Source: Eledone cirrhosa
Taxonomy: Eukaryota
Assembly (NCBI GenBank): GCA_964016885.1
Contig: OZ024742.1
Span: 216,814,001 to 216,878,000 of the forward strand
Length of the DNA stretch: 64,000 bases
Direction: 5' to 3'
The position numbers were made by a program, and so were the translations under genes. Each line of letters begins with the position of its first letter. Position 1 is the first letter of the stretch. The notes under the pieces are model-generated. The model made no database searches, was not told the DNA's origin, and saw only the letters and a program-made list of their open reading frames with translations. This document shows positions 1 through 15,619 of the stretch, in pieces.

Positions 1-561
1 TATACATACCTTTACATGTACATGCTGTCCTCAGAAATGATGATATGTGTTTATTGAAAAAAACAAAGAATTGATATAAAGAGTCTGTTTGGGAACAGGT
101 TTTGAATTGACCAATAGAAATGATTTAGAGGTCAAGTTGATAGAATAACAGTAGTAGAAATTAAATCTAGGAGTGGAGGAGTGCAGATTAATGCTTTGAA
201 TGAAAAGAATACAATGAGGTGGAGAAAATGAGGTCAAGTCAAGAAGATAGTGAAGTGTTCACGAAAATTTGATGTTATTAAAGACTGTTGTTAAAAACGA
301 AGGAAAAAATCTTTTGGGGGGGATAAGGGTATTAGTGAGAAATACCAATCTTATTTAAACTACAAGGAATCTAGATACATAACAGGAAATTAAATTAATT
401 GATAGGTATACTTATAGGGATAAAATTATATTAATTCATATGAATAAAGAAGTAAAAAATTAAAGCAATAAAAAATATATATATATGGAAAAACTGAGAT
501 AGATAAACATTTTTATAAAGAGTATTGTATATATACGGACATTGATGATATTAAAGATATT

Positions 562-747
562 TGTTTCTACTTTAGGCACAAGGCCAGCAATTACCCAGTT
601 CATTACTGGTACTTTATTTTATCGACCCCGTAAGGATGAAAGGCAAAGTCAACCTCGGCGGGATTTGAACTCAGATCGTAAAGGGACGTAACTATGCTGC
701 AAAGCATGGCGTCCGACCCTCTACCGATACTGCCAATCCACTGCCTT
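562..747 (-). mobile_element. tRNA-derived SINE (family A; resembles octopus SINEs / Meta-type core)
   Basis: Reverse complement of the consensus: TGGCAGTATCGG A-box-like, GAGTTCAAATCC B-box, GCCTTTCATCCTTACGGGGTCGATAAAATAAAGTACCAG core, GTGCCTAAAGTAGAAACA tail. Confidence 0.85.
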
Positions 748-994
748 GATGATATTAAAGATATTAATTATAATTAATAATCATAGGTATTAAATGTGAT
801 AAATATGGGATGCGATTAAATGAAGTAGTGAGGTTTAAAATAAGTTTAGGAAAAGAGAGCTGTAAGAGGGAAATAAAATTATGAAATTCTCTGTAGTAAA
901 ATACTAATTATAGGTTAACTAAATTTAAAAAACAATTATAATAATTTGTAAAATATAAGAGTAAGATATATATTAATTAAGTTTATAATATTTG

Positions 995-1360
995 AAGTTT
1001 TTTCTAATTCTATGATTGCAAGATATAATTAATTCCTGTCGATTATTTAATAGGATATCCTTAGATTTCATGATTTCAAAAAGTTATTGGGAGCATAACC
1101 TACACTCGTATCTGCTCTTTTGATAAGAGGTGGCCCTTTTAAGCACGCTCCAGGTCAGGTTATAATCAATGTTCTTTTTTCTATAATTATTAATTGCTTC
1201 GGCTAAGGATGTTGTATTAGCTAATGCGGCATTTTTAAAACTATGTTTGTGGGTACTAAATCTTACTTTAAATTGGTTAGACGTAGATCCTATAAATGAA
1301 TGAGTGGAATCCTTAGTGCTAATTTTACATTTATAAACTATGTTATTAACAAGACAATTT
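995..1360 (-). mobile_element. Penelope-like element GIY-YIG endonuclease remnant (decayed)
   Basis: Minus-strand translation CLVNNIVYKC...FIGSTSNQFK/RFSTHKHSF...WSVLKRA...CRLC...LLNNRQELIISCNH, with frameshifts and a stop. Confidence 0.8.
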
Positions 1361-1536
1361 TATATATATAATAAAATGGTTTTAGACAAATTATATATAA
1401 TAAAATGGTTTTAGCTTGATCGTCGAGCATACTATACTCCAATAGTATCTACACTCCTTAAGCATAGAGGTCTGAGTTGAAAATGTTTTTATTAACACTC
1501 CCACTCCCCCCCCATACACACACACACATATATATG

Positions 1537-1583
<47 letters not shown>

Positions 1584-2139
1584 GCATGTATGTATATACG
1601 TTTATATGCAAGTATGTATATATGTGTGTGTATGTTATGTATATGTGTGTATGTATATACGTATGCATATGTGTAGACACAAGCTGTGAGCATTGATATA
1701 ATTCTATTTATATTTGCTATAAGTTCAAATATCCCAAACCTCGGGTGCTTTAAAGGCGTGGTAATCTCTCCCTAGTAAATATTGAATGAAATATGAAACT
1801 GTTCCGTTTCATCACGTCATCAAACTCCCCAAAGCGGGAATATGTTTGTGTTTATTAAACAGATTTATATATCTTCCCTATATGTATTTGCTAATGTTCT
1901 CGGTACGTTTGTACTATACTCACACATACACACACACAAATATATATGTACATATATGTGTGTGGGGGGGGGGATAAGCACATGTGTTTAGAAAGCGGTG
2001 AACGGAATTTGAAAATTGATTTTAAAGATTTTGCTTTACATGATAGCGCACTTGTCCAACAAATAAGAGGTGTATGGTCGACCACCAAATGCGCTGATGC
2101 CCGTCTTTTTCCATTTAGTGGATTATTATGAGATTATTT

Positions 2140-2325
2140 TGGGATTGGCAGTATCGGTAGAGGGTCGGACATTATGCTTTGACGCATAGAGTTATGTCCC
2201 TTGCCATTCTGAGTTCAAATCGCGTCAAGGTTAACTTTGCCTTTCATCCTTACGGGGTCAATAAAATAAAGTACCAGTAATGTACTGGGTAATTGCTGGC
2301 CTTGTGCCAAAAGTAGAAACAATTA
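2140..2325 (+). mobile_element. SINE family A copy
   Basis: Same A/B boxes, core and tail as 562-747. Confidence 0.85.
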
Positions 2326-2539
2326 TTTTATTTAGTCAAAGTTACGGCGAAATTCAATATATATATATATGGAAAATATTTTAAAGGCGTTTGATAAGCA
2401 CACCTCGTATATACATAAAAAGATATCTTTATCATATGTACAAAAATAGATGTTAAAAACTGATGTGTGGCAAAACATGTTTTCTCCGTTTTGGATCATC
2501 AAAACATTTGTTATTATGTTAAACTGTTTTTTCATTAAA

Positions 2540-2935
2540 TCTCCTGCATGCATATTACAAATATTGATGATCAGGCATTCGAATAGAGATATCAGGGCAG
2601 CAAGAAGATGACAATCGTTCCCATACTCCTCCACAAACTTCCACTGTGGGTCCTGAGAAATGCAGTTATATGCCTTTTCAAGATCCACAATGCAAGAAAA
2701 TATATGTTGGCAATACTCCCACGTTTTCTTGAAGACCTGCCGCATTTGGTCGGCTGTGCTGCGTCCGAGGCGAAAACTGCACTGTTCATCAGCTAGCTTG
2801 GACTCGACAATCTCCGAGCATCTTTACTTAGACTTTGCCGGGGAGGCTTAACAAAGAGATCTCTCTATAATTGGAACAATCTCTCTTGTATCTCTTTTTG
2901 CAATTTGAAATTATCACTCCTGATTGCAATTACTT
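2540..2935 (-). mobile_element. RTE-like LINE reverse transcriptase fragment
   Basis: ORF 2332..2745 contains 'KKTWEY...CIVDLEKAYNCI', the RT domain-3 D-x-x-K-A-Y/F motif. Confidence 0.65.
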
Positions 2936-3176
2936 AGGTGCCTTTCCAGAGATCCCGACCATCCGGTACACGAGTCAGCCAGAGAATACATTCTGTATTT
3001 AAGGCTTTTAATATCTCCTTAATTGCTCTTGTGAACTCAGCCTCTGAGAGATTAGCCACCGCTCCCAGATACACCTCGTGTACATCAGAAGATGTTGTGG
3101 GGTTTAGGAAATTATCAAAGCATTCTCTCCACCTCGGGCGGATGCACACCACTGCACAGCTGTTCATATCTATACA

Positions 3177-3213
<37 letters not shown>

Positions 3214-3239
3214 TTTCATGGATCGACTTTCGTCAAATC

Positions 3240-3434
3240 GGACCGAGGAAACAATGTTTCCGTCGGTCTTTCCAGTTGCTAGTACTATCTATCGGTCGCA
3301 ACTCCAGGTAGAAGGAACAACGTGAAATAAAGTGTCTTGCCCAAGGACATAACGCATCGCCCGTTCCACGAATCGAACTCACAACCTCAAGATTGTGAAT
3401 CCAATTCTCTAACCACTCAGCCACACGCCTTCAC
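3240..3434 (-). mobile_element. tRNA-derived SINE, family B (CORE-like)
   Basis: Minus strand reads TGGCTGAGTGG (A-box), GAGTTCGATTC (B-box), then TCCTTGGGCAAGACACTT (CORE-SINE-like). Confidence 0.75.
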
Positions 3435-4063
3435 ATATATATTATATATATATATTTATGTCAGGTCGCTCTCGAATGCTACTGCTAACATGTAACCCAG
3501 TACAACCTGTCTCAACGTCGGGTCGTCGGTGACTAAACCGGTGACCCCATCAAGCTTGCTTGATGATGAGGAGGATATTTGGACACCCTGCGGGATGAAA
3601 TACAAGACCGGCAAAGAGCAGAAGAAATCAACAGAGTCAACGGCCACCCAAAAAATACATATTTATTTGTTTAAGCTGAGGGCTGTCGTTGTATTTTCCG
3701 TGGCAGACATTTGCACCGAAGATATGTGTCGTCAGTTCCAAAAAGTGTGGTTGGTCCTACACAAGTCTTCGCCACTTAAAACTAAACTTTGTGTGGATAG
3801 TTCAACATCACTTCACTTTTTCACATTTCCGCCAGTCTTTTGCAGGGAGAGTCGGTAGGTGATGGGGTGGCAGTGATGGGGACATGTAGAGGAAGTCTCT
3901 AACTGGAGCTCTCCACTGTAGCGACTGCTGTGTCATAGCTGTTCTAGCACAAGCCATCACTGGCGGGATTGGAATGTAACATGAGACACCGCCATCCAGA
4001 GAGCCGAACTTTTGTTGAACACTCATACTTCGGATATCGACGGGAGTGTCCATCATATGTATA

Positions 4064-4110
<47 letters not shown>

Positions 4111-4111
<1 letters not shown>

Positions 4112-4400
4112 CGATATTAAACAAATGGAAACTATATTTATAAAACCATATTTATTTCATTATACATATTTCAGGGATACCATATTAAAAATATGGCATG
4201 CCTTCGTCAGATAAAATACAATATATAAACAGTTTTATAAATAATTTTGACGTACCATAAATATAAGCGACCATTAAATATAGTTAAATATAGTTTCCAT
4301 TTGTTTAATATCGTATATCGACTCCAAAAACTTGTCGAGTGCTTTATATCAGTTATAAAATATTTACTTGTTGTAACCCAACAATTTTAAATAAAACTTT

Positions 4401-4403
<3 letters not shown>
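4111..4403 (-). mobile_element. PLE terminal-repeat remnant with inverted repeat, between (TA)n tracts
   Basis: acgatattaaacaaatggaaactatattta (4111) is inverted at about 4285-4314. Contains an HHR. Confidence 0.7.
4153..4218 (-). ncRNA. Hammerhead ribozyme motif (type I, minimal stem III)
   Basis: Minus strand: tattttat CTGACGA aggcatgccatatt-ttt-aatatggtatccct GAAA tatgta TA atgaaata. Stems I and II pair well. Confidence 0.75.
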
Positions 4404-4458
<55 letters not shown>

Positions 4459-4460
<2 letters not shown>

Positions 4461-4625
4461 AACGAGTAGGACCCCGACGGCTGAGCTCATGCCGTTTCGA
4501 CGGCTAATTCTGGACTAAATGAAAATGTTTATCCTGTCCACGGGATTACCCACTCTACTACCCTAAGTATTGAGTACTTTGGTGCGTTATGGTCCATCTG
4601 GTTCCTTACCACATTTCCTTCGTTA
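4459..4625. mobile_element. Short PLE-type repeat in (TA)n; same family as 48885-49086
   Basis: 4546-4625 is the reverse complement of 48885-48964. gacggctgagctcatgccgtttcgacggct is also shared. Confidence 0.7.
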
Positions 4626-4649
4626 TATATATATATATATACACATATA

Positions 4650-4684
<35 letters not shown>

Positions 4685-4695
4685 GTATATATCTG

Positions 4696-4735
<40 letters not shown>

Positions 4736-4755
4736 CATATACATATATATATCTG

Positions 4756-4795
<40 letters not shown>

Positions 4796-4821
4796 CATAT
4801 ACATATATATATCTGTATATA

Positions 4822-4891
<70 letters not shown>

Positions 4892-5201
4892 TGTCTGTGT
4901 AAATAGATAGATATATATATCTTTGTGTGTATGTGTTTGTGTATGTGTGAACATGTTTATGTGTGCCTAAATGTGTGTCTGTATGCGTGTACGTGATAAT
5001 TTGTTATGCCACTCTTAACGCCTTTAAAATTCGTTATTTTACGTGAAATATTTCAGAACCAATTAAATATCCTTAATTGTTTATAAGTTGTTTGCCTTGT
5101 ATTTCTATAGATGTCTCTAAAACTCTTTATATATATATTCCGCATTGCATCAACAACACACTTTTACATACACACATACACACACGCACACACACATACG
5201 G

Positions 5202-5234
<33 letters not shown>

Positions 5235-5325
5235 CACACACGCACATACACACAGGCATAAATATATATATATATATATATATAACAAAGGAATATATAT
5301 ACATATATTCATATATATATGTATA

Positions 5326-5393
<68 letters not shown>

Positions 5394-5530
5394 ATATATA
5401 CAATTGATGCACCTTGTCAATGAGAACAAAACTGACAGATACAAGTTAATTTACTCAACACTTGTAGTGTTCATTTTACTTTAATGGTATATTAATTTGA
5501 CAGAATCGAAGCGGAAAAGTCTCAAACTAG

Positions 5531-5563
<33 letters not shown>

Positions 5564-5826
5564 GGGGGGGGGGGGGGATAGAGTATATATGTATCTGTAT
5601 AATCATGTCTCTGAATATATGCGTGAGTATGTGTGCGTGCACGTGTTTCTGTAAATAAATATCTATACAAAGGGCATTTCATTTGCTGTGTCCCCATAAT
5701 ATTGTCATATTACATTAAATATTAACAAAACAATATTTAGCAACGTAACTTTGTTCGTAAATGTTTATGTTTTCAAAGAGTATGACACGATTTTTTTATT
5801 AGATACAATTTTGCTATTAATTACAG

Positions 5827-5905
5827 TGCAGATGAGCGAACTGAAGAACACCGAGAAGCTCTTATTGTCGTCAGGTCTACAGGAGCTATAGTGTGGATGC
5901 CCCAG
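5827..5905 (+). CDS. nAChR alpha-type subunit, extracellular-domain exon (first exon visible; 5' exons not found in the window)
   Basis: ttacag|T GCA GAT...CCC CAG|gtaat. Encodes (x)ADERTEEHREALIVVRSTGAIVWMPQ, the segment after the loop-A 'YN' motif. Ends in phase 0 and joins the 26249 exon to give WMPQ-VIYKSSC. Not in the ORF track. Confidence 0.88.
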
Positions 5906-6001
5906 GTAATATATAAAGAATTTCTTCTTTTTGACAATCTGTCTTTCTCATATTTCTATGTATAAGTAATGTATACATACAAACGTAATATATTGTCATA
6001 T

Positions 6002-6064
<63 letters not shown>

Positions 6065-6067
6065 AAA

Positions 6068-7633
<1,566 letters not shown>

Positions 7634-7677
7634 TATCGATACATGAACGTACACAAAAACATATATGTGTGTGTGTG

Positions 7678-7753
<76 letters not shown>

Positions 7754-7891
7754 TGTGTGTGTGTATGTATGTGTGCGTGTGTGTATATATATATATAAGT
7801 TCATCTCGGGTTCAATCGGGGGGTAACCACAGTAAGTAAGGTACTCAATACATAGCGGAGTATAAATATTTAATATAGAAATGGCTTCTAC

Positions 7892-7934
7892 AGGACTAGA
7901 ACTGTTTCATTCCGGAGAAATCATCAGTAAGCCT
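7892..7934 (-). ncRNA. Hammerhead-like motif in a PLE remnant (core intact, weak stems)
   Basis: aggctta CTGATGA tttctccggaat GAAAC agt TC tagtcct. Flanked by inverted repeat 7876-7907/7942-7973. Confidence 0.5.
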
Positions 7935-7971
7935 ACGGTCCAAACAGTTCTAGTCCTGTAGAAGCTATTTC

Positions 7972-8065
<94 letters not shown>

Positions 8066-8929
8066 ATATATATAAGCATGTATATGCGTGTGTGTCTGTC
8101 ACGATAAAAGGCACCCGGTACTTCATGTAAAGTGGTTGGCATTAGGAAATACATGCAGTAGTAGAAACTACGCCAAAGATAGAACTTATGAGCATAGCGT
8201 GGTCCTTTCCCACATCAACACTCAGGTTTCACCTACCTACCCAATCCATACTAGCATGGAAACTCGAAGTAAAATTATGATGGGGATATATATAGACATC
8301 CGTAGTTTTGAACAGTCTTAGTCATGTAAAATGGATGTTAACATTCCGCTTAAACTGTTGTAATTATATGACTGTAGGAAAGATTACAGAAGAAGGTGAA
8401 ATGTTAAGGGTTGATATTCTAGAACGAAAGGACACAATGTATTGATCAATTCGGGCTCTGGGCTATGGTTGTCAAAAGCTCATGAGTCGAAGTGATATGA
8501 GACCGGCCAAATCCGGGGATGAAAGATCACTTTAGTAACGGTAGAAAAAGAAACTTGCGGTTGAGAGGGGGCCTGTTAGTGTACTCTCGCCAGTCTGCCT
8601 AATTGTCTTTCTCTTGATGTTGTTTACGGAGAATGTTTGTGTGAGCCCCAGAAGTGGGAATAGAATTCATTGTTGCTTTCACTTGAGCTTTGACTATATT
8701 ATAACTCAACAGATAATGATGTCGACTAATCATATATTTAGTTTTTAAATTGTAAACTTTGGGATAAAGATGTGCATTCGTCCGTAGCGAGCAGCAGTAA
8801 TAGTGAGACTTGGCTCTTCAAGTAATTTTGAGGCCAAGGTTTACGTGCTACACGTGTTCAAATTTGTTGAGTTTCGTTAATGGCTTGTCAATGTATAATA
8901 GTATTCTTTTTCACTATTGAAGGCGATAT

Positions 8930-9720
8930 AACCTACAGTCCATCATAATAGGTTAGTTTTCATTCAGTGAGTGCAATTTGGCGTAATATTGCATATAGAA
9001 GAGGTTTATATGCAGAAGGTTAGAGATAAATGAATGGTGATATCACCTGCGTAGAAGTAGATTGTTAATGTAGAGTGAAAGAGTGGGGATACAAATACAA
9101 GGATCTTGGGTACATAAAAGTTGATAGAGGATGTGTGAGAGCATACACTATGATAATGCAATCTCACAGAAAGCCACTGATGAAAGAGATATGAGATATA
9201 TAGAACACATGGGTTAGCATTTTGATAGTAAATTCGTTGGACAGAAATGGTCGAAAACTTTACTGGCTTCCAGGACAAACTTTCACTATACTTCTCAAGG
9301 CTGAATGCCCACTGGTGAGCGACGTATGTTATTAAGTCTGCAGTAGAGCTGGATGTATAAGAGTCATACTGATGAAAATGAAGGAGGAGAAGATATTCCA
9401 GATGTCGGAAAAGATTGTTGTTAATGGCCGTCTCCAACAGTTCGCAGGATCAGAAGAATTGTGTCTTTGGGGAATGGGAGGGGATATACCATAGTGTTTT
9501 TACAAATATTGGGATATATACATGCAGAGGATACGAAAGATATGGTGGCAAATTGATAATTTTGGTAAGAGTAATTCAGGAACAGGTTGTTTGAAGGTAA
9601 TTGACTGACTATGAACTCCTGATGAAGTTATAGGGATATCGTCGTGACTTGTGGCGGATTTTGAGCGTATTGAACCTGATAAAGCCTATCCATCTCCAGG
9701 TTTCACCACGATTAATTTCT
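8930..9720 (-). mobile_element. CR1/Jockey-group LINE RT fragment (decayed)
   Basis: ORF 9006..9437 has 'METAINNNLFRHLE...HQY...STADLITYVAHQW...YAGD', decayed RT domains 2-5. Confidence 0.6.
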
Positions 9721-10016
9721 TCTTCGAGGGGGAAGAATGGAAGAGAGAGAAAAAAGGGAGAAATAGAAAGAAGAATCAGCCCCAGTACTTGACGAGTTCT
9801 ATATGTATCGATTTAAAAAAGATGAAATGCAAGGTTAGCCTCGGTAGGATTTGAACATTGGCGCAGAGAACCGGAACAAATATTATGAGGCAGGCTACAT
9901 CACATTCGAACGGCTGTTTGTGTTTGTATGTATATGTGTGTGCGTGTTTGTATATATATATATATATATATATGTATATGTATATATGTATATATATATA
10001 TATGTGTGTGTGTGTT

Positions 10017-10077
<61 letters not shown>

Positions 10078-11745
10078 GAATATATGTGTGTGTTTGTCTA
10101 TGTAGTATCATTATTTTTATTATTATTGATATTATGTACTGGATGTTCTCCTCTTTATTTATTGAATAATACATGTTGTGCACGCTGCAACAACTTCAAA
10201 TACATACAATTCTATGCGTTGTGGAATTTCTCACATATAAAATTTACCACCCGAAATTTTATAACATCTTGTAATATTTAGTTGAATGTACTTTTGAAAT
10301 AAAATCCATTTATCTTGCTTAGTAGTTTAAAGCAACAGTAATTCTGAGTGAAGAAGTTATAAAAGAAAGTGAATGAAAGGAAAATAACCTTAGTGTTCTA
10401 TTATCAGTAAGAAATCAAACGTAACAAACACTAGTTTATCAGTAGTTGACTAACAAAGAAATAAATATTTTGAATATCTGTTTAAATAGCAGAGTTTTAA
10501 ACGTATGGACATCTTTAAACTTATCTGCAGACATTGAAATCTCAAAGGTGTCTTTCAGAAAATATTTTATTACAAAATAATTTATTCAAAGTATTGTTCA
10601 ATAATTATAGCCATTATTACCACCATTCGAACTATGACGATCTGTTCATTAATATATGAATACTCTAAAGAATGATAGGTTAGATGAAACGAATATCTCA
10701 CCGGACTACGCGATGTCTAATATATAGTCTCAAAACTCTCCACATTTTGAGTTCAAATTCGGCCCAAGCTGACGTTTTCGTCCATATTTACAATACAAGT
10801 TACAAACTAGAGTCAAATTTGAAATACTATAAGATAAGGAATCAGTAAAACCTGATGTTGGCAAAAGTTAATCCACAAAGGTTCTTAGATATAAATATGA
10901 TACAAAGATTTAATCTGTCATGAGTAGTGACTATTCCAATGTTTCAGACTTCTTCGAAGAGGAAAGAAAAATAAAGAATTACTAATGCCGTAGTTATTAG
11001 ATGTGACTATTTCAATCCAGCTATATTCGTAAATACACATCTCATTTTCCCCCTTATTTAATCTTTACCTTAACCAGTGTTGTATGGTTTCTTATTTTCA
11101 TACTTTTCATAGACCTTTGGTCTTTTAACATGAAGAACTGCTTTCGCATGTCGTCCATCATTTGTATTTCGCCCGTATCAGTCAGACTGAACCGTTTTCT
11201 TACTGAAAGTATACCGCAGTATTCTTTTGTGTAATAATGGGGTTCTCTCTGTCTCGCATTCTATCAATAATACTTCAGAATTAAGTAAGGTTTACCATAC
11301 TCCTCATTCAGTACATCATTGACTTTCTCGCTGTCACTTCTAACAACATATGCTCCTACACATGTGATACCAATCTTTAGTGCCTGTTAACCCCATGTAA
11401 CGCAGGCGTTATCATCGTACACATTAAATAGATCGTGTCAAGCTAAACAAGCCGCGATAGCACTATCAAATAGTGTCATCACAACAGCACTAAAGACAAT
11501 TGATATTTATTTCAATAGAACTAGCTTGCAACACCCTTCCTCTGCTTGCACAACACACATTTGATAATAGCTGACTCACTCAAAACACTAGGTATCACTA
11601 TTTCTTGCAAATCTCCTGATGAATTCTTCGTCGGAGCATTCAGTTGTCTGATCAACTAAGCTCCCTGTTTGTGAATTACCAAGTAAGTGGTTGAGTATTC
11701 CACATACACACACTCACACACACATAGACACATATATATATATAC

Positions 11746-11846
<101 letters not shown>

Positions 11847-12050
11847 TGAGAAATAAGATAGATTGAAGGAACGGGCGGGTTGGAATTGGAAAAGATGTCT
11901 TTAGATAAAAATAACAGGTCCATTCATGTTGACATCTCTTATATATATGCAGCTTGTTGTAAACTTTATTACATATTATAAATTGTTTCCATATCGATCA
12001 GCTCGGAGATGATCATGCGATCGGATTCCGACTCTCTCTCTCACTCTCTT

Positions 12051-12144
<94 letters not shown>

Positions 12145-14563
12145 CTTATTGTGATTCTCACACTATATCAGTGTGACAAGACTTGACCTTTGAATTTCAG
12201 TTACAAGCCATCGGACGAGTTTCCACATAGTTTCCGTTTACTAATTTCCGTTTACTAATTTCCGTTTACAAGACTTGAGTGAAATCGAGGTTATATTAAA
12301 GATACTTAACTATTCATCCTTGCTCGCGTTCACTCATGTATCTCATACTGATTATCCAACATGTATCTCATACTGATTATCCAGCATGGTGAAAGCTAAT
12401 AAGATGCCTCTTCAAAACCAGAAAATATTTTGAGCACTATCATTTGCTGATTCTGTGTTCCCTGTTAGAGTACTGATCACATTCTGTAATGTGATCAGCA
12501 GTATTGACACACATTCACGTATATCCTAAACTAATTCAAGAAAGTGACCATGTAAATTTTATTGCCAAATGTGCAGTCACTAGTTCAGTGTAACCACTAG
12601 CACATAGCCGTACTGTGCTTCCCGATTCTCCTCATCTTTCTCTCAAAACATAATCTACATACATCGCCCCACATTCACCCGAGCTATTCGCCTCAAACAC
12701 TGTAATAGATATCTTCTGACTCCGAGATATGCCTATCGGGAACTCTTCTGATCATCATTTACTCACTGACCTTAATCAACTGCAGTTCAAGCTGAATGTC
12801 ATCAGTAATGACCTAAATAAATGTTTGAGAATTCCTTCAAATATATAGAAACATTGACGATTCTTTAACCATTAAATTATAAAAATAATTAACTGCAGTC
12901 CATTAACAAATTATCAATAAAGAACGGCTTAACATTTTTTTTCAAAACTTAAACTACATATTGGTGCCTTATACATTGGCACTGAGGCTTCAGCGTCTGG
13001 TGACTGTAGTAAAGACACCAAGTGGCTAGGCTATGGTGTTCAACTGAATGCCGTTTTAAGTCTACCACACAAGTAGGTCACGGAGGGATTTGAACTCAGA
13101 AGTCAAAGAACCGGAACAAATATTACAAAGCACTCCATCCGACACTCTATGGATTCCACCAGTCTAGTACTTTTTACGATACCAGATGAAAGAGTAAAAA
13201 AAGGGTAAAAACCTCGGCGAAATTGGAACACAGAACGCAATAAACCGGAATGAACACAATGAAATTTGTTCGATGATTTAACGCTTCTGCCAACCTCCCA
13301 CTTTACCAGATTAAGTTAGTGTTTGGTCAGCTAGAATTGTATGCCGGTCGAGCGCGATTAGCCGTTACACTAAATCGTATCTAGCCGGTAGTAACCGGTA
13401 ATTGGCGGCCAGGTGTGATTTAGTTAGTCGCGCTCATTCAGCATTCAAGAGGTTTGTAGTTTGATCGCCGCAGGGGTCTCAGTTCACTTTTTCCCGTCAC
13501 CAGGGTACTTTATTCAACTATCTCTTATAGTTATACGCATCGTAACAACTTCCCAATAAAAGCTAACATACTTTCAAATTCCATATTTCCCCAAAGCTTC
13601 ATAAATTGATCGAAGGCAGTAACTAATATTTTCAAAAAGAAAAATCACAAAAACACTTTAGTCATTGATTTATTTTCTTTTAAAGTATTAATTTAGTATA
13701 ATTATATAAACTGAAAGATTACGATTGAATTGTTTCATTGTTGAAGACACATTACATTTTTATTATTTTGCCCCCAAAAGTCGTAGAAAATGTTTGACAT
13801 CAACACCTTAATATATTCTGTATTTTAATCGAAACGGTTTTGTCCGAGAGGGTTTTAGTTCCATGGAGGTTTGTTCATATTCCATTGACTCTCACCAAAA
13901 ATATATTTGTTAGAAATAATTCATACAAAGTAGTCAGTGTCAGAATTTCTTATGTTCTGGACAAATTTATTTACATCCGAGGCCAACTTTGTAAACTGTG
14001 GCTCCCTTCTTTCCGTGATTAATAAAATATTAGCAATCAATCTGACTACGCCCAACCTCTAAAGTACGGGCTTATGCCTAAATCAAAAATAATGTCTTAA
14101 AACACTAAAAGTCACTCTTTTTATGTTTGTTGACCCCTATATATGTAAGTTAATTGTCGGTAAACTTGTTTCGAATTGTTTGCGTGATGTTCTCGGTTGA
14201 TTTACGCAGCAAGTTTCGTAGTAATATACTTCTTTAGCAGAAACAGATCGAGTCTATCAGAATTACTGAGTGAACACTACGATTAATAGATTTCTTTACA
14301 TGTTTACAGCTACATGTAACATAAGCTAAATTAGCCTGAATACTGTTACGACTGAAATTGCAAACAACCTAATACTGAGGTTGATGCCAAACGGATGTTG
14401 ACAAAGATAAAACATGGTGTCAGACATTTTACATCCGTAAATTGGAGATGAGCTATAGAAATTAATCAATACTTTCGTTCTCGCAGTCTTATCGTTATTT
14501 TCCGCGGGGATTTCTCCACCACAATTCCCTCTCCCCACGCTTCTCTCTGTCCCTCCCACATTA

Positions 14564-14650
<87 letters not shown>

Positions 14651-15570
14651 CTCTATCTATCTATCTATCTATCTCATTCACTCACACTTTATCTTTCGTC
14701 TGAGATGCGTTTCGATTTGTCTTTACCGAACGTTAATATTGACTAATGGCTGGAAAACTAAACTATTGATGAAAGGTGTCAGTTTTAAGTAAACTAATTC
14801 TAAAACATATCAACACCAAAAGAAAACGTTAAATATCTTTGGAAGGTACTTTTCTCAGAATGGTTTATATCTTCAGAAAGAGGTAACGCCGACAGATAAC
14901 GAAGAAAATGTTTTACAATATCTAATGTTTTAGTTCAAAGACTATCATGTTTGACTTCGCACTTTTTTCTTAATAAACTAATACAATTTACTAGTATTAC
15001 CTATGGAAACTTCATAGTTATTTTGAAAACTATCAGAGTATTGGAAGTTTATAGAGAACCATATTCATTTCCTTTTTCTTGTTTCGAAATTGTATTTTTC
15101 CTTGAAGTGATTTATTCGATGGTATCAAGTAAACGCTGGCTCTTATTCTTTGTTGTAGACTTGACACCTGTTCCACCCTGAAAGTTGTTGTTCATTATTA
15201 TAATCTTTACACCACGAAATAAATAATCTTAACTATGTAATTAAATCGAAGACATAATCTGCCTATAATATTATTCTGTTTCGATACTACTCCATTAGTA
15301 AATATGTATAGTCACTAATCAATATAACATTTGATGTGTAACTGCTTTTTACTGACATTTTTTTCTGTGTTTGGGTCAGGACACGCAATTCCTGGATCCA
15401 CAATCAAACGATGAATCTTTAGTTCTGGACATATACACATCCCGCGCGTCTTCGACAATTTACTACTAGCATTTTCTCATCAATGGTGGCACACGGAAGG
15501 AGTTTCAAAGTGTAGAAGTACTTGAAAGCGAGTTGACAACCATCACACGCACGCACATACATATATATAT

Positions 15571-15615
<45 letters not shown>

Positions 15616-15619
15616 GTAT

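Noticed and set aside
3360-3434. tRNA gene on the minus strand
   Set aside because: The A and B boxes continue into a SINE core and there is no closed acceptor stem, so it is a SINE head.
1-5826. Upstream nAChR exons (signal peptide, loop A WxPD motif)
   Set aside because: No matching exon was recognised. They probably lie 5' of the window, though a short exon could have been missed by eye.
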